DNA from: Octopus vulgaris
Taxonomy: Eukaryota
DNA length: 64,000 nt
NCBI GenBank assembly: GCA_951406725.2
Contig: OX597826.1
Location: 46,314,001-46,378,000 of the forward strand
Reading direction: 5' to 3'
Shown here one piece after another: positions 56,880 through 64,000 of the stretch. Below the pieces are notes generated by a model. It made no database searches, was not told where the DNA came from, and was given only the letters and a program-made list of their open reading frames with translations. Each line of letters begins with the position of its first letter. The stretch's first letter is position 1. Position numbers and translations under genes: made by a program.

Positions 56880-56936
56880 GTCTGCATATATGCGTGGTGT
56901 GCATGCGTACATATATATATATAAAATGTGTGTGTG

Positions 56937-57019
<83 letters not shown>

Positions 57020-57326
57020 AAATGTGTGTTTTTATATATATATATATATAAACACACACAAACACACACATGGTCCAACCCTTGCAAGCATGAAACATGG
57101 ACATTTAAATGATGATGATGATGATGGCACACACAGTGCATGAATGTGTGTGTGTATGTGTATCATTATCATCATCCCCATTATTATCTGTGTACACAGA
57201 CACATATGCTTGTGTATTCAGACATACACAATAATATACATATAAATATATATATTTATATTCACACACACACACAGTTACATGCTATACTCACACAGAC
57301 ACACACACACATACACAGGCTATACT

Positions 57327-57357
<31 letters not shown>

Positions 57358-57450
57358 CATACACACACTATTTTTGATACTGATCACTTTTACATTCCTG
57401 TTTGTGTTACAAGTCTTGATGGATAGCTGGGTCAAGAGAAAGCAGGAAAC

Positions 57451-57495
57451 TCACTTTACTCTCCTTCCAGCCAAGAAGAAGACAATGGGAGGGAA
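57451..57495 (-). CDS. Candidate short exon (FPPIVFFLAGRRVK*, or a 41-nt cassette)
   Basis: ttttatatccag acceptor; GTGAGT donor overlapping the stop (57454-57449). Confidence 0.3.
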   Translation of the reverse strand, partial: FPPIVFFLAGRRVK

Positions 57496-58654
57496 CTGGA
57501 TATAAAATTAACAACAAACTCTTTTCAGTGTTGTTGTTTGTTTCTTTGTTTGTTTGTCGTTCTGGAATGGAGAAGGGGGTGGTATTATGATATTGATGAT
57601 GATGATGATGATGATGACTGTGGTAGTGACAGTGGTGGTGATGAAAATGATGATGACAGTGGTGATGACAGTCACTATTGTTTTGATGATAATGATGATG
57701 ATGATGATCATCATCATCATCGTTTAACGTCCGCTTTCCATGCTAGCATGGGTTGGACAGTTTGACTGAGGGCTGGCGAACCAGATGGCTGCACCAAGCT
57801 CCAGTCTTGATCTGGCAGAGTTTCTACAGCTGGATGCCCTTCCTAATGCCAACCACTCTGAGAGTGTGGTGTGTGCTTTTATGTGCCACCGGCATGGGGG
57901 CCAGTCACGCGGTACTGGCAACAACCTCACTCAAATCTTTTTACACATGCCAACGGCACAGGTGCCAGTTGATGATGTTGAAAATTGTACATATGTGCCA
58001 GCAACACATATTTTTATAGTAAAATCTATGATCATCAGTTAACATCATCAGCATCATCATTTAACGTCCGTTTTCCATGCTGGCATGGGTTGCACGGTTC
58101 AACTGGAGTCTAGGAAGCCAGGAGGCTGCACAAGGCCCCCAATCCGATCTGGCAGTGTTTCTACAGCTGGATGCCCTTCCTAACACCAACCACTCCGAGA
58201 GTGTAGTGGGTAGTTTTTACATGCCACCGGCACAGAGGCCATGGGAGCTGGCATCAGCCACCATATATATAATACAGGCTTCTCTCAGTTTCTGTGTATC
58301 AAAGCCACTCACAAGGCTTTGGTTATAAAAGACACATGTTCAAGGTGAAACACAGTGGGACTGAACCGAAGATCACATGGTTGGGAAGCAAGTTTCTTAA
58401 TCATATAGCCAGGCCAGTGCCCATTATAACTATTATTGTAAGGCAGTAAACTGGCAGAATCATTAGCACAGTGGGTGAAATGCATAGTAGTATTTCAGCT
58501 GTCACTATGTTCTGAGTTCAATTTTCACCGAGGTTGACTTTCTCTTTCATCCTTTCAGAGTCAATAAATTAAGCACCAGTGAAACACTGGGGTCAATGTA
58601 ATCAACTATACCCCTCTTCCAAATTTCAGGCCTTGTGCCTATAGTAGAAAGGGT

Positions 58655-58770
<116 letters not shown>

Positions 58771-59119
58771 GTGGTGAAGGCACATGGTCTAGCGGTTAGC
58801 ATATTGCACTCATGATCCAGTGCTCATAGTTTCAATTCCTAGACTGGGTGGGGTGTTGTGTTCTTGAGAGCAAAACACTTCATCTCATGTTGTTCTGCGA
58901 TCACTTCAACACCTGACATGTGGCACACAGTGCACCTGTTCAGACAATGTTGATTTGATGGAGAGAGTGAGCTAATATATACAGCATGAACATTTCATCA
59001 CTATAAACAAATGATGTGTGCAGGTTGTTCAGCAACAGCTGAACGCTCATACATTGTCCTCAACAGAACAGTCCATCACCATTTTTTCTGGTGAACTCCC
59101 ATTGTTATTCAATGTTTAA

Positions 59120-59340
59120 CCCTTTAGCATTCAAACCGGCCATATCCGGCCAAAATATTCTACCTGTTTTATACTCAAAATGGAGATACCTGGCCTCTCT
59201 TACCAACCCTACATTATCATTCTAAAAATTAATTGTTACCTCATACAAACTCCCAAAGTTACAAAATAATGCATGATTAATTCAAAAGAATGTAGATGAA
59301 TAAGAATTGCTTTTGCCAAAATAGCGTGAATGCTAAAGGG
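59120..59340. mobile_element. piggyBac-type MITE
   Basis: TTAA TSDs; perfect 14-bp TIR CCCTTTAGCATTCA/TGAATGCTAAAGGG. Confidence 0.9.
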
Positions 59341-59802
59341 TTAAGAACTAGTTTTATAGAAATCTCTTTCAAAATTCCTTTGTTTTTCACACATTAACAT
59401 GTTAGGGTAAGAAACCTGTTACTTGCAATGCATACCAATAAATACATCTAAAGCAACATGTTTTCAAGGGTCCTTGAAACACTATTTTGAATCCCTAATT
59501 TAATATTTTGTGGCGTGGACCCCAAAAATTTTATATGGACCCTTAAGGAGGGGGTATATGGGCCCCAGATGAGAGCAATTGGTGCAGAATATATCAGTGT
59601 AAAATACAATAAATGGGATCCCATGTCACAACTTTCCACTTTAACAATCATAGTCTAAATGCACACACATGCATGTATGCATGCACGCATATCCAAATCC
59701 ACAACCACACATACACACAAGCATATATGTAACAGACAGACATATCTATATATACACACACACGAAGGTGTATGTACTTACATGTATATATAAGTACATG
59801 AG

Positions 59803-60035
59803 AAGGTGGCGAGCTGGCAGAAAAGTTAGCGCGCCGGGCTAAATGCTTAGCGGTATTTCATCTGTTGTTATGTTCTGAGTTCAAATTCCGTCGAGGTCGA
59901 CTTTGCCTTTCTTCCTTTCGGGGTCGATAAATAAAGTACCAGTTTCGCACTGGGGTCGATGTAATTGACTTAATCCCTTTGTCTGTCCTTGTTTGTCCCC
60001 TCTATGTTTAGCCCCTTGTGGGTAGTAATGAAATA
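59803..60035 (+). mobile_element. SINE family A, young copy with TSD ataagtacatga
   Basis: Close to family consensus; direct repeats at 59790-59801 and 60039-60050. Confidence 0.85.
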
Positions 60036-60104
60036 TAAATAAGTACATGAATATGAAAATGCGTGTGTATATACATACACACACACGTATATATAATAGA
60101 TGAT

Positions 60105-60156
<52 letters not shown>

Positions 60157-60569
60157 CCAGATCTGACTGGCCTGGTGCAGCCTTCGGGCTTGCCAGACCC
60201 CAGTTGAACCGTCCAACCCATGCTAGCATGGAAAGCAGACGTTAAACGATGATGATGATGATGATGATCATCATCATCATCATTGTTTAGCATCCATATA
60301 TAAGATATATAAGTACATGAATATGAAAATGTAGAGACACACACACACACACACATGTATATAATAAACTGACAGGGATGTGTCACTGGGTCTAGTGAAA
60401 TACCTTTGTCAAACAATGCAACACAGACGAGCAGACAGACAGACTGACAAACACTACAAACACAACAGCAGCTTGAGTTTTCTCGGATTTCATGAGAAGA
60501 AAAAGCTGTGTTTGTGTTGATTCATGAGCCATTTCCAATCTACCACCAACCAGTTCTTACACTCTTGTC

Positions 60570-60638
60570 TCAAGTGATCCTAATCATTCTAGCACTTTCC
60601 ACAGGTTTTTGTTGGACCGACTGTGTTGTGTTTTCAGT
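60570..60638 (-). CDS. Candidate stop-containing exon ([22 protein letters not shown])
   Basis: cctccactcccactagctccag acceptor; GTAAGA donor at 60560-60555; unique island between microsatellites. Confidence 0.3.
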   Translation of the reverse strand, partial: TENTTQSVQQKPVESARMIRIT

Positions 60639-60677
60639 CTGGAGCTAGTGGGAGTGGAGGGGTATATACATATATGC

Positions 60678-60722
<45 letters not shown>

Positions 60723-60857
60723 TGTATATATATATACACATGTATGTATATATATACATACACATATATACCTATATACATATACATATATACACATATA
60801 TCCATACATGTGTATGTGTGTATATATAAATATATATACACATATATACATACATGA

Positions 60858-60921
<64 letters not shown>

Positions 60922-61330
60922 ATATGTATGTATATATGTATAAACTAACATACACACACATATATACATATACATATACACATATACATATATACATGTG
61001 TGTGTATATATATTTATATATATATACACATATACATCCACTCAAAGACTCACACATAAACACACACAAAGATGTTTGTAGTTGTTGTTGTTGTTATTGT
61101 AGTTGTTGAGTCTGTGTGTTCCTTGACAGCAATGCTTAACACCCCACAGGTGTTGTCTTCAAGACATGCTCTCCTGCTGCAGCTGAAATTTTTTCTCCAT
61201 TGAAAATCTGACCTCTGACCCCGGCTGCTGTTAAACTCTTTGTTATTTATGAAGCATTTAAGAAGAACAATGCATTACAAGAAGCTAAAAACATTAAAAA
61301 GAGAAAAAACAAGGAAGCAAAAGAGAGAGG

Positions 61331-61370
<40 letters not shown>

Positions 61371-62220
61371 TGATGGCGGGGATGGTAATGGTGGTGGGGA
61401 GTCTTTCTGCTATATTGACAGCAAAACATTCTTGTAAATGTTGCTTTGTTTCCAGTGTTTGGTATTTGGTACTTGTCCCTGGGGGAAGGTGAAGGAAAAC
61501 AAAACAAAAAAAAAAAAACACAGGAAAATAAAGGAAAACAATTTTGACATTGTAATTCTATAATTGGAAGTACAGAAATTTTACTAAACTTTCTAGCAGG
61601 TCTCATATATAATCGCGGTTCTTTTATTTGTACAAAAATGCTAATGCCTGTTTGTGCCCCTTTCAGAAATCCTGTTTCTTATGCTAGACTAAAACTGAAC
61701 AATCACTTTTCTTTCTTTGCAAGATTTAAAAATTATTTTTTGTTTTTAGGAATTTATTACTCAATATTTTACTTTCAGGATTTGTTATATCTTGTTTATA
61801 ATGTAAAAAGTACATTACTCAATATTTTTCTTTCAGGATTTGTTATATCTTGTTTATGATGTAAAAAGTACTGGGTGCTGGTTAACATGCGTTTCCAATG
61901 TGGGAGCCTCTGCGCTTGATTTGTTTCGCATATCAATCAAATATCTCTACAGTTACAAATTATGTCTTAATACAAAATGCAAAGACAGATTTCAGGAATT
62001 TATTATTGAATGCTTTACTTTTGGAGTCTGTTGTATCTTATTCATGATGTAAAAATATTGGATATTAGCAAACATGCGCTTCAAATGTGGAAACTTCTGT
62101 GCTCGATTGGTTTGACATAGCCATCAAATCTCCCTAAAGTCACAAGCTACATCTAAAAAATGTAATCACACATTGGACAATAGAGTCCTAGATCTATTAT
62201 GATTAAAAACAAACATCAAC

Positions 62221-62575
62221 AAGAGCACTCAAAGAGTGCAGGCCTCTACCAAGGCAACACCAACATCCTCAGATTTTTAAATTGAGAATATCTGAAATAA
62301 ACTCGACTGCTCACACAAACAAGAATACTAAAAATGAACCAAACTGCTCTCAAAATTTATGTAAAAATACAGGAAAAATAATCCAGAATCCTTGTCCAGT
62401 ATCAGACTGATCCCAAAATCTAATCAGTTCATGCCAGTCACGAGAACAAATATACCTGAGAGTTTCATCGAAATCCATCCAGCGGTTCTTGAGATATCTT
62501 GTCCACAGACACACAAACAAACAAACAAACACAACTGAAAACAATACCTCCACCTTCGCTAAGGTGGAGTAATAA
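62221..62575 (-). mobile_element. Helentron-like (HINE) element, second copy
   Basis: Aligns with 42501-42842. Confidence 0.7.
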
Positions 62576-62879
62576 CAAATTATAAGAACAGTACTTACGT
62601 ATGTAATGAACTTTTGGACAGCTGGATCAACCTACACACACACACACACATTGGGTTTCTTTCAGTTTCCTTCTACAAAATCCACTCACAAGACTTTGGT
62701 CAGCCTGAGGCTATAGTAGAAGACATTTGCCCAAGGTGCCACACAGTGAGACTGAACCCGGAACCATGTGGTTGGTAAGCAAGCTACTTTTACCACACAA
62801 CCACACCTGTGCCTATATATATATATATAAGCAGTTTCCCAGATTCTTTGGCATGTATATTCCCCACCTTGACTGTAAA

Positions 62880-63440
62880 GGTGCCCATGTGGCCACATGT
62901 AAAATCGTTTGAGCAGTGTCATGTAAAAGCACCCCTACAGTGCCACATAAAAGTATCTCTGCAGCAACATGTAAAAGCATCTGTGCAGCAACACGTAAAA
63001 GCACCAACATGAAAAAGCGTCCATGCAGTACCAAGCAAATGCACCTGTGTGGCAACATGTAAAAGTGCCCATGTAGTGCCACATAAAAACATCATTGCGA
63101 TGCCATGCAAAAGTGTCTGTATGGCATCACATAAAAGTGCACGTGAAGCAACATGTAAAAGCGCACACACAGCATCATGTAGTGCCACGTAAATGCACGC
63201 ATGTGGTGCCACATGAAAGCGCCTGTACAGTATCACGTAAAAGCAACCATGCAGTGCCATGTAATAACATCCAGCACACCCTGTAAAGTGGTCAGGGTAA
63301 GGAAGGGCATCCAGTCATAGAAACCATGCCAAGTCAGAATGGAGTCTGGTGCAGCCCCTCAGCTTGCCAACTCTAATCACACCATTCAACCCATTCCCGC
63401 ATGGATAATGGATTTTAAATGTTGATGATGATGATGACGA
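62880..63440 (+). mobile_element. Family-C (RTE) tail with a motif of about 22 bp amplified into a minisatellite
   Basis: About 17 units of gtgccacatgtaaaagcaccca, followed by ggaagggcatccag and (GAT)n. Confidence 0.8.
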
Positions 63441-64000
63441 TGACAATCTGATAGGTCCAAGGACAGCCTCATACTCCAAGAACCAGATGTTGCTAAAACG
63501 CGAGTAGAAACTGCTTCACAAACTCACAGCTCAGAGGGAGAAAGAAAGCTCAACTCTTATTTTACGGCAGATGCCGAAATGGTTCCACATTAAAGACACA
63601 AACAAACTTGATGTTTGATAGAAAATGATTTCAACTGATTAATTCAACTGTCGGGTATCACAAGTAATATTTAATTTATGGGTACCAGAGAGATTTCAGG
63701 CAAGAACTTAAGCAGACACAAATGAATTAACTGTAATACAAGCCACAGTTTCCAGCTTTCTTGCCATCTTCCCACAGAGACATTAGTGTAATCAACAGTT
63801 TCACTTTGAATTTTACTCGCCAATTAATATTATATTAAATCAACCATTGCATCTAAGAATGGCTTTAAGCTTTTGCCACTGGAGAATGTAAATGGTAAAT
63901 CTATTATAAAGGGATCTAACTTAAGTCTGAAGAGAATGATGTTAAGGAGCATTACTGTTGAGCTGCCTGCAATGCAGCTTTTGACTTCTTCATCCCCCTA

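Overview
AT-rich animal genomic DNA, dominated by microsatellites and interspersed repeats. The repeat complement points to an Octopus (cephalopod) genome; this is inferred, not checked. There is no intact long protein-coding ORF, and nearly all listed ORFs are microsatellite or repeat artefacts. Contents: several tRNA-derived SINE families; fragments of RTE, Tx1/L1 and Dong/R4 LINEs; decayed DD34D mariner and DD37D maT transposons; TTAA (piggyBac-type) MITEs; Helentron-like elements; minisatellites; and a 100-N gap. The most notable signal is a set of minimal type-I hammerhead ribozyme (HHR) motifs in Penelope-like foldback elements. These include an apparently intact HHR at 11844-11936 (-) and a 501-bp head-to-head element with a tRNA/Pol III head plus HHR, inserted with a 12-bp TSD (40244-40744). 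A perfect hairpin with 122-bp arms lies at 48080-48335. Several short minus-strand candidate last exons suggest the 3' end of a large unidentified gene with alternative C-termini.
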